Assembly: GCA_963735035.1 (NCBI GenBank)
Contig: CAVTJJ010000006.1
Coordinates: 192,001-256,000 of the forward strand
Direction of reading: 5' to 3'
Source: an uncultured candidate division Zixibacteria bacterium
GTDB lineage: Bacteria > Zixibacteria > MSB-5A5 > GN15 > FEB-12
DNA: 64,000 bases
The notes under the pieces are model-generated. The model had not been told where the DNA came from, ran no database searches, and worked only from the letters and a program-made list of their open reading frames with translations. Numbering within the stretch: the first letter of the stretch is position 1; the number at the start of each line of letters is the position of its first letter. Shown here in pieces: positions 40,958 to 50,607 of this stretch. Position numbers and translations under genes: made by a program.

Positions 40958-43546
40958 TTACATGATCACAACCAACTTGCCGACCTGCGAATTGCCCTGA
41001 TCATCCTCCACCACCCAATAGTACAAGCCGCTTACCACAAGCTGGAAGTTCTTATTGATCAAATCCCAGGTAGCGTGATTGGCCAGGTAGTCGTTCGGAT
41101 CGCCGTCGTGGTGCAACTCCCGAACGAGGTCGCCGTTCAGCGTGAAGATGCTGATCGTGCATTTCGGCGGCAGGTTGGCGAAATGCACGAGACGCTTCTT
41201 GTCAGGATCGGAGATGTGCCACTTGCCTATTCCCTCGTAACCACGATCGAGGTAATCCTCGTCGATCCGGTACGGATTTGGGTAGACGAAGACTTCAAGC
41301 CCCTCAGCGGCTATCACCTCCGACGACGGCAGTGGATAGACCGCCCTGGCCTTGCTTGACGGATCACCTTCGAGACCGGCCAGGCCCAGACCGGGATAGC
41401 CGTGATCGAAAGCCGTGACATTGACATAGTACGGAACCGTGGCCAGCAGACCATCGAACACGTATTCATACTCGTAGTACTTGAGAAATCCGTCCGGGGT
41501 AAAATAGGTTGTATCACTGCGGTCGGGATAGTTGACATCAAGCGAATCAAGGTTCAAGAACGGTGGTGCGGGGGCGTCGGGATAGACTCTCTTGATGCCG
41601 GAATTGGCCATCAGTGGGTTGTCGGCCATGATCGACCGGTTCGCGCCGCACGGTTCAAAGTAATACACCCGGGGATCAACTTTGGGTCCCCCCGGTATGA
41701 TCAGCGGATTGTCCCGTGTGTAGAATTCGGGCCGCCAGGTAGTATCATTGCAGTTACCGGCAAAAGTACATCGCAATTGCCCAAGCGTATACGGTGTGGC
41801 CGCGCAAACAAAGCTTCGCGACTCTGTGTTCCATGTCCAGCGAAACCAGTTCTCTTTATCATAAGTCGTCACGAGTCCGAAACTCGACGGGCGCGAGTCG
41901 TGAGCGAGATAGACAGCATACCCTTCGAAATCGTACTGGTGCGAGAACGGATCTATGGTCGCTTCAGTGGCGGCGCCGTTCCAGACCAGACGAATCTTGC
42001 CGACCTCCGGATAGACCCGCAGAGCCGGGATCGTGTCGCCGTTCTCGTTGACGTAGTTATAGACCGCCGGATTGGGAGGCGGGAAAGCCCCGCGAAAGTC
42101 AGGCACTCCGTCGCCGCTCCGCCAAACCGTGTCGCCCACACCATAATCCCAGCGACATAGTTCGTAACTCGTGTCGGGGTCGGCCGTGGTGTCCACAAGT
42201 GTGTCGCACTTCCAGACCGAATCGTCCGGATGGCAGATCAGAAATTCTCCGGCGTAACCGTCACCGTCAGTGTCGATTCCGGGATTGTCATAAATCCATT
42301 TTGCCCACATGGCATTGCGGGCCAGTTGATCGAAATAGACGTGCTGGTACCAGCCGTACGGATCGTATGGCAGCAGGCGATCTATATAATTGTATCGATG
42401 AAAACTCTTACCCGCCACGAAGGCAGTCGTGAACTTGATCGTCTGGCCGGGGTCGAGGCCAAACGGTCCGACTGATACCATATAGCGAGGGTCCAGTCCG
42501 GTCAGGACCGAATCCATCTCGTCCTCCGGTGGCAGAACCCAGTCAGGATCAAAACTCAACATGGTGCTCTGAAAAGCCTGGTCGTAGTCCCGCTCACCGT
42601 TGCTCAGGAAATGGTACCACTCTTCATTGGTATAGGGAACACCCAGACCGCCTCGCACCAACGGTCGATAAGTGATACGCTTCTGTGGGCCAAAGTTTCT
42701 GAATTCATCTCTCCATGAACCCGACCACCAGTTGAAAGTAACGGTCTCGGAATCTCTGGGAGTTCTGATGAACATCAAGCCGGTAATATCCAAAAGATGA
42801 ACTTCCTGCTGCGGCCTCCTCATGTTACCGTCGTTGTCCGCCGTCCAGGCAATGTTGAAGGCATCGGTATCGGGCGGGCAGCCGTCGGGCAGATAAGTGG
42901 CGGGAAATTTCTCCAAGAGCCCGACCATGTCATCGTCGGCGCCGTTTGGGTCCATCCCGGGCGCCCGGGACATGACATCACCATCGGCATAGACGCCGAT
43001 GTAAACCCGACTGAGGCGCTGGGAACCGACGTTCTTGACAGCATAGTCAAAGAGCACCAGATCCTGAGCGTATTCATATACCCAGGAACGCGAGCGTTCC
43101 CGGACTTCGACATTCAGCGGATGATAGTTGCCACAGTTGGTACAGGTGTCATAGTAGATCGCCATGCAGTCTTGATGGGCCGACGTACTGTCATACCACG
43201 GGAGGTTAGGATCCATGCTGGAAGTTTCGATGATCTTGCCATGGGGTGCGGCAGCCGGCTCGAAACTTTGAACGACCAGGGTGTCGCCCCCCTGAACGGC
43301 TCCGATTACCAGGTTGGCGCCGGAAAGGTAGAACTTGTACGATCCTTTGGGATACTCGGCTCCGTTGAACGAACCATCGTTGGAAACCCACAAGCGTAAC
43401 CGGCCGAGTCCATGCACGGCTCCGTCGTAGTCCGGCTCCCCGTCTGCCTGTATTCCAGAACTGGCGGGCGCAGGTGTCCGCGATCCGGCTCCGAACACCG
43501 TTCCAGTCAACGCCAATAACAAAGCAAACCAACGATGCATTCGCAT
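40958..43546 (-). CDS. Large secreted protein with T9SS-like C-terminal sorting domain
   Basis: Signal peptide; same motif series as 37891-40308; ends VGKLVVIM. Confidence 0.88.
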   Translation of the reverse strand: MRMHRWFALLLALTGTVFGAGSRTPAPASSGIQADGEPDYDGAVHGLGRLRLWVSNDGSFNGAEYPKGSYKFYLSGANLVIGAVQGGDTLVVQSFEPAAAPHGKIIETSSMDPNLPWYDSTSAHQDCMAIYYDTCTNCGNYHPLNVEVRERSRSWVYEYAQDLVLFDYAVKNVGSQRLSRVYIGVYADGDVMSRAPGMDPNGADDDMVGLLEKFPATYLPDGCPPDTDAFNIAWTADNDGNMRRPQQEVHLLDITGLMFIRTPRDSETVTFNWWSGSWRDEFRNFGPQKRITYRPLVRGGLGVPYTNEEWYHFLSNGERDYDQAFQSTMLSFDPDWVLPPEDEMDSVLTGLDPRYMVSVGPFGLDPGQTIKFTTAFVAGKSFHRYNYIDRLLPYDPYGWYQHVYFDQLARNAMWAKWIYDNPGIDTDGDGYAGEFLICHPDDSVWKCDTLVDTTADPDTSYELCRWDYGVGDTVWRSGDGVPDFRGAFPPPNPAVYNYVNENGDTIPALRVYPEVGKIRLVWNGAATEATIDPFSHQYDFEGYAVYLAHDSRPSSFGLVTTYDKENWFRWTWNTESRSFVCAATPYTLGQLRCTFAGNCNDTTWRPEFYTRDNPLIIPGGPKVDPRVYYFEPCGANRSIMADNPLMANSGIKRVYPDAPAPPFLNLDSLDVNYPDRSDTTYFTPDGFLKYYEYEYVFDGLLATVPYYVNVTAFDHGYPGLGLAGLEGDPSSKARAVYPLPSSEVIAAEGLEVFVYPNPYRIDEDYLDRGYEGIGKWHISDPDKKRLVHFANLPPKCTISIFTLNGDLVRELHHDGDPNDYLANHATWDLINKNFQLVVSGLYYWVVEDDQGNSQVGKLVVIM

Positions 43547-43701
43547 GCAGTTTACGCTCCTGGTTCAATCTAAACGACCGTTGGTGGAGAGTAAAGGCCT
43601 ATCGGGCGCTTTCTTTACCAGTTGACAGGACCGCCCAATCCGCTTTCTTGAGCCAAAACCGACTCGCGCGATGATACAATTCTTCCAGCAAGGATGACCG
43701 T

Positions 43702-44895
43702 ATGCGTTTGTATGAATTCGAAGGCAAAAGACTCTTCCAGCAATTTCACATTCCCACTCCGCAAGGACGAATCGCCGCAACTCCCGATGAGGTTTACGAC
43801 ATAGTAAAGACCCTCGGCCCGGCGGTGCTCAAATCGCAGGTTCTTACCGGCGGACGCGGCAAGGCCGGCGGTATCAAAGTCGCCGACGATCCCGATCAGG
43901 CCCGAACTCTGGCGGAACAACTCTTCAAACTGACCATCAAGGGCTTTCCGGTCGAACGGCTGCTGATCGAGCCGAAACTCGACATCGCCCATGAATACTA
44001 CCTCGGCGTCACGATTGACCGCGCCAACTACAAAATTGTCGTGATCGCGTCCGGCGAAGGCGGGATGGATATCGAAGAAACCGCCGCTAAACATCCGGAC
44101 AAGATCGTACGCATGTCGTACTCGATCCATGAACCGCTCTACGGTTTCGATGCGTACAGCATCGCCCGGAAAATCGGCATCCCGGCCGAACTGACCAAGA
44201 CCGCGAGCACGATCATTCAGAATCTGTTCACGCTGTTCAAAGCGTACGACGCCAAAATGGCCGAGATCAACCCGCTCGTTTTGACCAAAGACGGCAAGCT
44301 GATCGCTGCCGATTCGCGCATCTCGCTCGACGACGACGCTCTGTTCCGCCATCCCGAGCTCAAAGAGCAGGGGATCGAGAAGCGCCACGAAGAAGGCGAG
44401 CTGACCCCGCGCGAAAGACAGGCGACCGAGTGGGATATCCCATATCTCGACCTCGACGGCGATATCGGCATGTTTCCCGGAGGGGCGGGATTTGGCATTA
44501 TGGGGAACGACTTCATACATTACTATGGCGGCAAGCCGGCCAATTTCATGGATTCCGGCGGTGGACCGTCCCCGGAGAATATTGCGAAGATGCTGGTGTT
44601 GCTCGATGAAAATCCGAACGTCAAAGCGATCTTTGGCGCCCGATTCGGCGGTATCAGCCGGTGTGACGATTTCGCCAAGGGCGTGGTCATGTTCCTCAAG
44701 AATCATGGTCTGTCCAAGCCGATGGTAGTCCGGATGACTGGCAACATGTGGCAGGAAGGCGTACGGTTGTTCGACGAGGCAAAAAAGGAGAATCCCAAAC
44801 TGATGGAGAAGATCGAATTTCACGGCATCGAGACGCCGATCGAAGAAATCTCCAAACGGGCGGTCGAGCTGGCGCGGATCGAAAGGGGTCGGTAA
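43702..44895 (+). CDS. sucC: Succinyl-CoA ligase (ADP-forming) beta subunit
   Basis: MRLYEFEGK, KSQVLTGGRGKAGG, EINPL, PANFMDSGGG, RCDD. Confidence 0.92.
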   Translation: MRLYEFEGKRLFQQFHIPTPQGRIAATPDEVYDIVKTLGPAVLKSQVLTGGRGKAGGIKVADDPDQARTLAEQLFKLTIKGFPVERLLIEPKLDIAHEYYLGVTIDRANYKIVVIASGEGGMDIEETAAKHPDKIVRMSYSIHEPLYGFDAYSIARKIGIPAELTKTASTIIQNLFTLFKAYDAKMAEINPLVLTKDGKLIAADSRISLDDDALFRHPELKEQGIEKRHEEGELTPRERQATEWDIPYLDLDGDIGMFPGGAGFGIMGNDFIHYYGGKPANFMDSGGGPSPENIAKMLVLLDENPNVKAIFGARFGGISRCDDFAKGVVMFLKNHGLSKPMVVRMTGNMWQEGVRLFDEAKKENPKLMEKIEFHGIETPIEEISKRAVELARIERGR

Positions 44896-45761
44896 TGGCT
44901 ATCCTGGTTGACAAGAAAAGCAAAGTGATCGTGCAGGGGATCACCGGCGGCGCGGGCAAGTTTCATTGCGAGCGGATGCTTGCTTATGGCACCAACATTG
45001 TCGGCGGCACGTCGCCGGGTAAGGGCGGCCAGAAAGTGTTCGACAAGCCGGTGTTCGACACGGTCGAGGATGCCGTCAAAGCTACCGGCGCGGATACGTC
45101 GGTGATTTTCCTCCCGGCGCAGTTTGTCAAAGAGGCGACTATCGAAGCCATCCGCGCGGGGATTAAGTTCCTCGTGGTCGTGCCGGAACACATTCCTATT
45201 CAGGACATGCTGGTGGTGCGCGAAGAAGCGATCAAGCACAACGCGACGGTCATCGGCGGCAACACCGCGGGGATCATCACGCCGGGCGAGGCGAATCTCG
45301 GCATCATGCCGGATATCGCGTTCAAACCCGGACGGGTCGGCACGGTTTCGCGCTCCGGCTCGATCACGTACTATGTGGCCGACACGCTCACCCGCACAGG
45401 CTACGGCGAGACCACCTGTGTGGGGCTGGGCGGCGACCCGGTGCTGGGATCGACGTTCGCGGAAATCCTCTGGAAGTTCGAGCAGGACGACAAGACCAAA
45501 GCGGTGGTGATGACGGGCGAGATCGGCGGCGTCTATGAAGAACAGGCGTGCGATACGATTCGCAAGATGAAAACGCCGGTGCTCGCGATGATTGGCGGCA
45601 TCTATGCGCCGCCCGGAAAACGGATGGGCCACGCGGGTGCGATTGTGGAAGGGAAAATGGGGACGGCGCAGGAGAAGCTGGACGCGTTGTCGGCGGCCGG
45701 TGCGCACGCCTGCCGCACGTTCGAAGACATCCCCAAGACGCTGAAGAAGATTGGGGTGTAG
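44895..45761 (+). CDS. sucD: Succinyl-CoA ligase alpha subunit
   Basis: [36 protein letters not shown] overlap with sucC. Confidence 0.95.
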   Translation: MAILVDKKSKVIVQGITGGAGKFHCERMLAYGTNIVGGTSPGKGGQKVFDKPVFDTVEDAVKATGADTSVIFLPAQFVKEATIEAIRAGIKFLVVVPEHIPIQDMLVVREEAIKHNATVIGGNTAGIITPGEANLGIMPDIAFKPGRVGTVSRSGSITYYVADTLTRTGYGETTCVGLGGDPVLGSTFAEILWKFEQDDKTKAVVMTGEIGGVYEEQACDTIRKMKTPVLAMIGGIYAPPGKRMGHAGAIVEGKMGTAQEKLDALSAAGAHACRTFEDIPKTLKKIGV

Positions 45762-45858
45762 GTGGACGCGCAAAGAGGTCCAGAGACAGAAATCTTGACA
45801 AACCGAGTCTCATGTCCAATATTGGGTAGAACTTGGTTGAGTTGACGGGGAAAGATCG

Positions 45859-46458
45859 ATGGATGAGCAGAATCTACCGAAGGGAATGAGTCTCGAAAGG
45901 GAATTCTCGGAGTTTATGGTGCGACGGCTTGGCTATGATAGTGTGAAGCTCCGAGTCCCAGTAACAGGGCGCGTTGCTCAGAGAAATTACGAAGTTGACG
46001 TGAAGGGGATGAAATATGAAAGGCGTTGGGAGCCGCTTACACGGGTGGGGATATTCCTGCTGTTAGTGGCTATCGCGACTCTCCTTTTACCCAAGGAATT
46101 TCGAGCTGTAAGCACATTCTTCGAAGGCCTGATTGGCGGCATTAATCCTTCGCTTGCTGCATACGCAATGTTCATAGTGGGAGCTCTCGCAATTGTCCTG
46201 GCTTATGCGGGAAAGCGCCAGTCGGAAGTCTTTGCTTGGGTCGAATGTAAAGACAGACAGTCCAATGTGAAGAGAGCTCAAGTTCAGAAGTTAATATCCT
46301 CGTCTGAGGATGTAATTGAGAATGAGGGCGCCAAATGGAAGCCGTCAATCCTCATAATGGTCAGCGGCTCTGATTTTGATGAGGATGCACTCAACTTCGC
46401 TGAAGAGCACGACATTCAGTGCTTCAGGCGGAAGGGGAAAAGCTTCGAAGAAATCTAA
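45859..46458 (+). CDS. Mrr-like PD-(D/E)xK endonuclease with internal transmembrane hairpin
   Basis: LERE..LGY, EVDV, two TM segments, VECK, QVQKL, VS-x-SDFDEDA..AEEHDI. Confidence 0.8.
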   Translation: MDEQNLPKGMSLEREFSEFMVRRLGYDSVKLRVPVTGRVAQRNYEVDVKGMKYERRWEPLTRVGIFLLLVAIATLLLPKEFRAVSTFFEGLIGGINPSLAAYAMFIVGALAIVLAYAGKRQSEVFAWVECKDRQSNVKRAQVQKLISSSEDVIENEGAKWKPSILIMVSGSDFDEDALNFAEEHDIQCFRRKGKSFEEI

Positions 46459-46486
46459 TCATGATGACAGGTCAAAGGACGTGTGA

Positions 46487-47026
46487 ATGAGTGATTTTCT
46501 GTCGCTGATCAGTAGGCTCTTGCTATTCTGCACGATTATGCCAGGTGCGACGGCTTTCCTACTAATTGTTCTACTCTACCAAAATTGTTTTCGCTCAGAT
46601 ATCCCCGCTATTGAAGTAGCAGGGTGGATTTGGGGATTGGGAATTATCGCGAACGGACTCGGGCACGCCCTTGAACAGTTGCTTGCTCGCTGCAAAAGGT
46701 GTAGGTGTTGCAACGGAAAGGGTTGGGAACACTATGGATGGCATTTTGCTAAGATGCGCAAGGACGGTTCGCCTGGCGCGGAAAGGCTTCGCACATATAT
46801 AGACTATGCAATTCTAACCCGCATTTGGTACTGGAATACGGCTGTAGGCATTGCTTTTGTTTTACTGGCGAGGGCTGCTGATTCGTGGTGGAACTGGTCA
46901 AGCGGATCTATAAGTGGTTTCTGGACAGTTGTATCGCTATCCATTGTTCTTCTGGTTTCGCTCGGATATTCCGCCTTAGGCATGGGTAGGAGAGCACGTA
47001 AACTGGTCGAAATGGTTGCAAAGTAA
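46487..47026 (+). CDS. Hypothetical 4-TM membrane protein
   Basis: 28 nt after nuclease gene, AAGGA upstream; four hydrophobic segments; CKRCRCC loop. Confidence 0.7.
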   Translation: MSDFLSLISRLLLFCTIMPGATAFLLIVLLYQNCFRSDIPAIEVAGWIWGLGIIANGLGHALEQLLARCKRCRCCNGKGWEHYGWHFAKMRKDGSPGAERLRTYIDYAILTRIWYWNTAVGIAFVLLARAADSWWNWSSGSISGFWTVVSLSIVLLVSLGYSALGMGRRARKLVEMVAK

Positions 47027-47031
47027 GACTG

Positions 47032-47185
47032 GTAGCCCACAGCTCTGCTGTGGGTAGCTCGATTCGAATCGGGAAGGGGCAGACGAGGACGTCTGCCGCC
47101 CACAAATACGACGAGGCCCCCCGATCAAGTCGGGGCAGGCTCTGACGCAACCACCATCGGCCGGTGGCCAACCATTTATGGTGGG
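47032..47185. repeat. REP-like cluster
   Basis: GTAG-cccacag..ctgtggg; family C at 47076-47104; cccgatcaagtcgggg at 47117-47142; 47157-47185. Confidence 0.8.
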
Positions 47186-47265
47186 TCTCCCATATGCCAC
47201 ACAATTTCATACTTGCTCCAACTGAGCGCCCCTCTATAATTCGTATCAACACAAAGGAGGAAAAG

Positions 47266-47757
47266 ATGTCCAAGAAAAATTGCAGTCTGATCGCGGTGGC
47301 CGTCCTCGCTTTCATCCTCGTTGCACAACCGATTCTGGCGCAGGAAAAGCCGATCCAGCTTTCGTTGTTCTCGCCGGTTCAACTTGTTCCGGAGGCTTCG
47401 GCCATAGCAGGTGTCCGGCTTAGTCTGATCTACGGAAAGAACACGCATGTCACCGGCCTGGATTGGGGGCTGGTCAGTCATTGTACGTCAGGAATGTCCA
47501 AGGGTGTGCAATTCGGGCTGGTCGGTTTTGTCGAAGCGGACTTTATGGGTTGGCAGAATACGGTGGTGAACTATACGAAGGGGAATTTCGAGGGATTCCA
47601 GTGGGGTTTTGTGAACTACGCCGGCCACGCCAACGGATTTCAACTCGGATTTGTCAACTATGCCATGACCATGCACGGTCTGCAGATCGGATTGGTCAAC
47701 ATCATCAAGCAGGGCGGTCAGTTCCCGGTCTTTCCTATAATCAACTGGTCGTTCTAG
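47266..47757 (+). CDS. Exported GxQxG(L/F)VN-repeat protein (LA_2272/VC2662-like)
   Basis: AAGGAGG SD; TATAAT at 47235-47240; signal peptide; PIQLSLF, repeats, FPIINWSF. Confidence 0.85.
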   Translation: MSKKNCSLIAVAVLAFILVAQPILAQEKPIQLSLFSPVQLVPEASAIAGVRLSLIYGKNTHVTGLDWGLVSHCTSGMSKGVQFGLVGFVEADFMGWQNTVVNYTKGNFEGFQWGFVNYAGHANGFQLGFVNYAMTMHGLQIGLVNIIKQGGQFPVFPIINWSF

Positions 47758-47770
47758 AATAGAAACCGTC

Positions 47771-48134
47771 TCGGCAGGTGGCCCACCCTTTGGGTGGGAT
47801 GCACTCCGCTCTCTGTCTTGCCCCGCTTTAGGCGGGGCACCCATCTTCGATTGGGTGGCCCACCAGTTGTGTAGGATTCGCGTTTGACCTGAAGTTTCAT
47901 ACGCATGACTATGGCGGCTTTGAGGCAAATCCACCCTACTATTTCAAACGGTTCGTAGCACCGTCATTCCCGCCCGCCGCGGCGGGGGAATCTATGTCCA
48001 CTCGCGATTGCGAGCAAGCAAGTGCCACACAGTGGAGACAATGGGCGTCAGGTCACATTCCCGCTTGCCTTCTGCAACCGGGAACAAGACCCGACGCAAC
48101 CACAACGGCGGGTTTGAAGCAGCACCGCCCTACT
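47771..48134. repeat. REP-like cluster
   Basis: Elements at 47771-47798, family E at 47814-47842, GTAG..CTAC-bounded elements, gtcattcccgc..gggaatc at 47963-47992. Confidence 0.75.
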
Positions 48135-48249
48135 ATTACTAATTAAGTACTATTATTTATGAAACAATATGCTTGACCTTAGCGTAGAACTTGGTAAATA
48201 GTATCGTAAACCCCAGTCGGGCCAGGCTGGAAGGCCCGGAAGTAGATAT

Positions 48250-48624
48250 ATGACGCTACCAGACAACGAGTTAATAGATAGAAAGTTCCAGAAGGAACTC
48301 AACTCCGGCACCGCCGCGCTGGTCCTTCTGACCGTTCTGGGTCAGGCGACTGAACCGATGTACGGCTACCAGATCGCCAAACATCTAGATACAGGCAGTG
48401 ACGAGGTCCCCGTCAAGCAGGGGGCGTTATACCCGGTTCTCCGGTCGCTTGAGGCAGGCGGTCTCTTGGAGAGCCGGGTGGAGCCATCGGTGTCGGGGCC
48501 GCCGCGTCGCTACTACCAAATCACCCCGGCGGGGCGAGACACGCTGCGACAATGGATCGAAATCTGGAACCGTACCAGGACTTTTGTGGAATCGACTTTG
48601 GAAGGAATACGACATGACGAATAG
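48250..48624 (+). CDS. PadR family transcriptional regulator
   Basis: MYGYQI, QGALYPVLRSLE, PPRRYYQIT. Confidence 0.93.
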   Translation: MTLPDNELIDRKFQKELNSGTAALVLLTVLGQATEPMYGYQIAKHLDTGSDEVPVKQGALYPVLRSLEAGGLLESRVEPSVSGPPRRYYQITPAGRDTLRQWIEIWNRTRTFVESTLEGIRHDE

Positions 48625-49513
48625 CATTGGCGAATACTTGAGAGAGCTTCGTCACGAGTTGGCCGGGGCCGATCCGGCTACGATCGTCGACGCTCTTACC
48701 GATACCGAAGACCATCTGACCACGGCCCTCGCCGGGGCGCTGGCCGAACGACCGGAGATGTCGGAAGTTGACGCAGTGGCGCAAGTAATCGCCCGATACG
48801 GCACGCCGGCCGAGATAGCGGCCGCCTATCGCGACGTCGAAGGGCGCACCCGCCCGTCGCTGGCCGTGCCGGAGAAATACGACGAGCGCTCGGCGAGCTC
48901 GCGGTTCTTCGGAATCGTCTATGATCCTCGCGCCTGGGGGGCGCTCTTGTACATGTTCATTTCCATGATCACCGGGATTATCTATTTCACCTGGGTGTCT
49001 ACGGGTATCTATCTGTCTATTGGTATGCTGATTCTTATTATTGGCCTGCCCATTGCCTACTTGTTCCTCATGTCTTTCCGGGGAATCGCGCTGGTGGAAG
49101 GGCGGATCATCGAAGGTCTGTTGGGGGTGCGGATGCCACGCCGCGCGATTTTTTCACAGCCAGGTCTTAAATGGTGGGTTCAATTCAAGATTCTGGCGAC
49201 CGACAAGCGGACGTGGACGACGGTTGCTTACATGATGCTCCAGCTGCCGCTAGGTATAGTCTACTTTACGATCACGCTGGTACTTCTGACATTCTCGCTG
49301 ACACTGATTGCCAGTCCGATTCTGCGGTATGCGTTTAATATGCCGTTCATTACGCTCGAGCACTACCGGATTTATATGCCCGACAACCTGATGCCGGTCG
49401 CGGTATTTTTAGGTGTGATCCTCTTTGTGCTTCTGATGCACGCTGCTCGCGGTCTGGGGGGACTTCATGCCCGTCTGGCGCGCGCGCTGCTGGTAGGCGA
49501 GCAGGCGGGGTGA
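48614..49513 (+). CDS. Membrane protein with HAAS-like N-terminus and putative sensor domain
   Basis: YLRELRHEL..YGTPAEIA; TM segments; coupled to padR. Confidence 0.85.
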   Translation: MTNSIGEYLRELRHELAGADPATIVDALTDTEDHLTTALAGALAERPEMSEVDAVAQVIARYGTPAEIAAAYRDVEGRTRPSLAVPEKYDERSASSRFFGIVYDPRAWGALLYMFISMITGIIYFTWVSTGIYLSIGMLILIIGLPIAYLFLMSFRGIALVEGRIIEGLLGVRMPRRAIFSQPGLKWWVQFKILATDKRTWTTVAYMMLQLPLGIVYFTITLVLLTFSLTLIASPILRYAFNMPFITLEHYRIYMPDNLMPVAVFLGVILFVLLMHAARGLGGLHARLARALLVGEQAG

Positions 49514-49696
49514 CGAGGGGCGCTTCAGTGAAGTCGGCAGATGTGGACATCTGCCGGGCACGGTGACAAGCCTCCTGATCTAATTTCCTCTTCTCGATTA
49601 CAACCACTCTCATAATTGCTGGTTGACAGCGATCATCACATCCGCTATTTCACACCCGGAGCGGATTGCCGCGCAACAAAGTTCCAAGGAGGGCGT

Positions 49697-50560
49697 ATGG
49701 CACTCACTATTCAACAAATCCGGGCGATGGCGCCAATTCTCAAACTGCACCCCAATGAAACTTGCTGGCCGATGGATCCAATAGAGTTCATCAAACAGTC
49801 CCGTTTTCGACACCATCAAGGTCTCGGTGCCGATCAGGGGTACAACAAGCGAGTCAAGCAGTGGATCGACGGCGACAAGGACGCTCCTGAATATTATGAC
49901 ATCCCGGTGGATTTCATCAACCGGTACACGGTCTGGAAGAACGACGAGAACCGAAGGCCGCGCGACTGTAACCGTGGTAGTCATTGGAATGTCTTCCTGG
50001 AACCGAAGGGCAAGCCGTCCGGTCATCCCGATCCAACCGGAAATGTGCCCGTGTTTTACTACCAATGTGCGGTTGATACCTCGAAGATTCCCAAGAAAGA
50101 GCGTGACCTTTTCGGCATCAAGGTCGAACAATTTCAGAGGATCAGCTACTGGTGGTTTATGGGCTACAACGAAGCGCCTGCCACGATTGATCATCAGGGC
50201 GACTGGGAGCATGTAACGATGAGATTCGAAAACGACAAGATTATCGGCGTGCACTTCGCCCGTCACGAAGAGCCGGTGAATTTTCTACCTGTGGATCAAC
50301 TCAGGACGTTGGGTGACAAAGTAATTGTCTTCTCTGCTAAGGGAACGCATGCTTCCTACCCGACGCCCGGTAATCGCAAGCTGATTCTGGGATTCGAGGA
50401 CGAAGTAGTGGATGGCGGTTATGCCTGGGATACATCGCAGAACCTGGCCAGTCTGCTTTCCCAACCCTGGCGCGACTATGCGGGTGCCTGGGGCAGAGTA
50501 GGAGAGACGGCGGCGACCACTGGTCCGCTGGGCCCGTGGCACAAACGACACAAAGCGTGA
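49697..50560 (+). CDS. Vps62/NPP1-like domain protein
   Basis: AAGGAGG SD; APILKLHPNE..PMD, YWWFMGYN, HQGDWEH, KGTHASY, YAGAWG, GPLGP; no signal peptide. Confidence 0.78.
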   Translation: MALTIQQIRAMAPILKLHPNETCWPMDPIEFIKQSRFRHHQGLGADQGYNKRVKQWIDGDKDAPEYYDIPVDFINRYTVWKNDENRRPRDCNRGSHWNVFLEPKGKPSGHPDPTGNVPVFYYQCAVDTSKIPKKERDLFGIKVEQFQRISYWWFMGYNEAPATIDHQGDWEHVTMRFENDKIIGVHFARHEEPVNFLPVDQLRTLGDKVIVFSAKGTHASYPTPGNRKLILGFEDEVVDGGYAWDTSQNLASLLSQPWRDYAGAWGRVGETAATTGPLGPWHKRHKA

Positions 50561-50607
50561 TGTAGCTCGTCCGAGATGATCTTGAACTTGCGATGAAGGT
50601 GGCTTGT

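Noticed and set aside
43615..45773. Long antisense ORFs (402 aa and 317 aa) opposite sucCD, and similar ones opposite sdhB, HDOD and 36180
   Set aside because: Shadow ORFs expected from high-GC codon bias; no motifs
45762..47260. Integron cassette array
   Set aside because: No RYYYAAC...GTTRRRY attC boundaries recognised and no intI in the window
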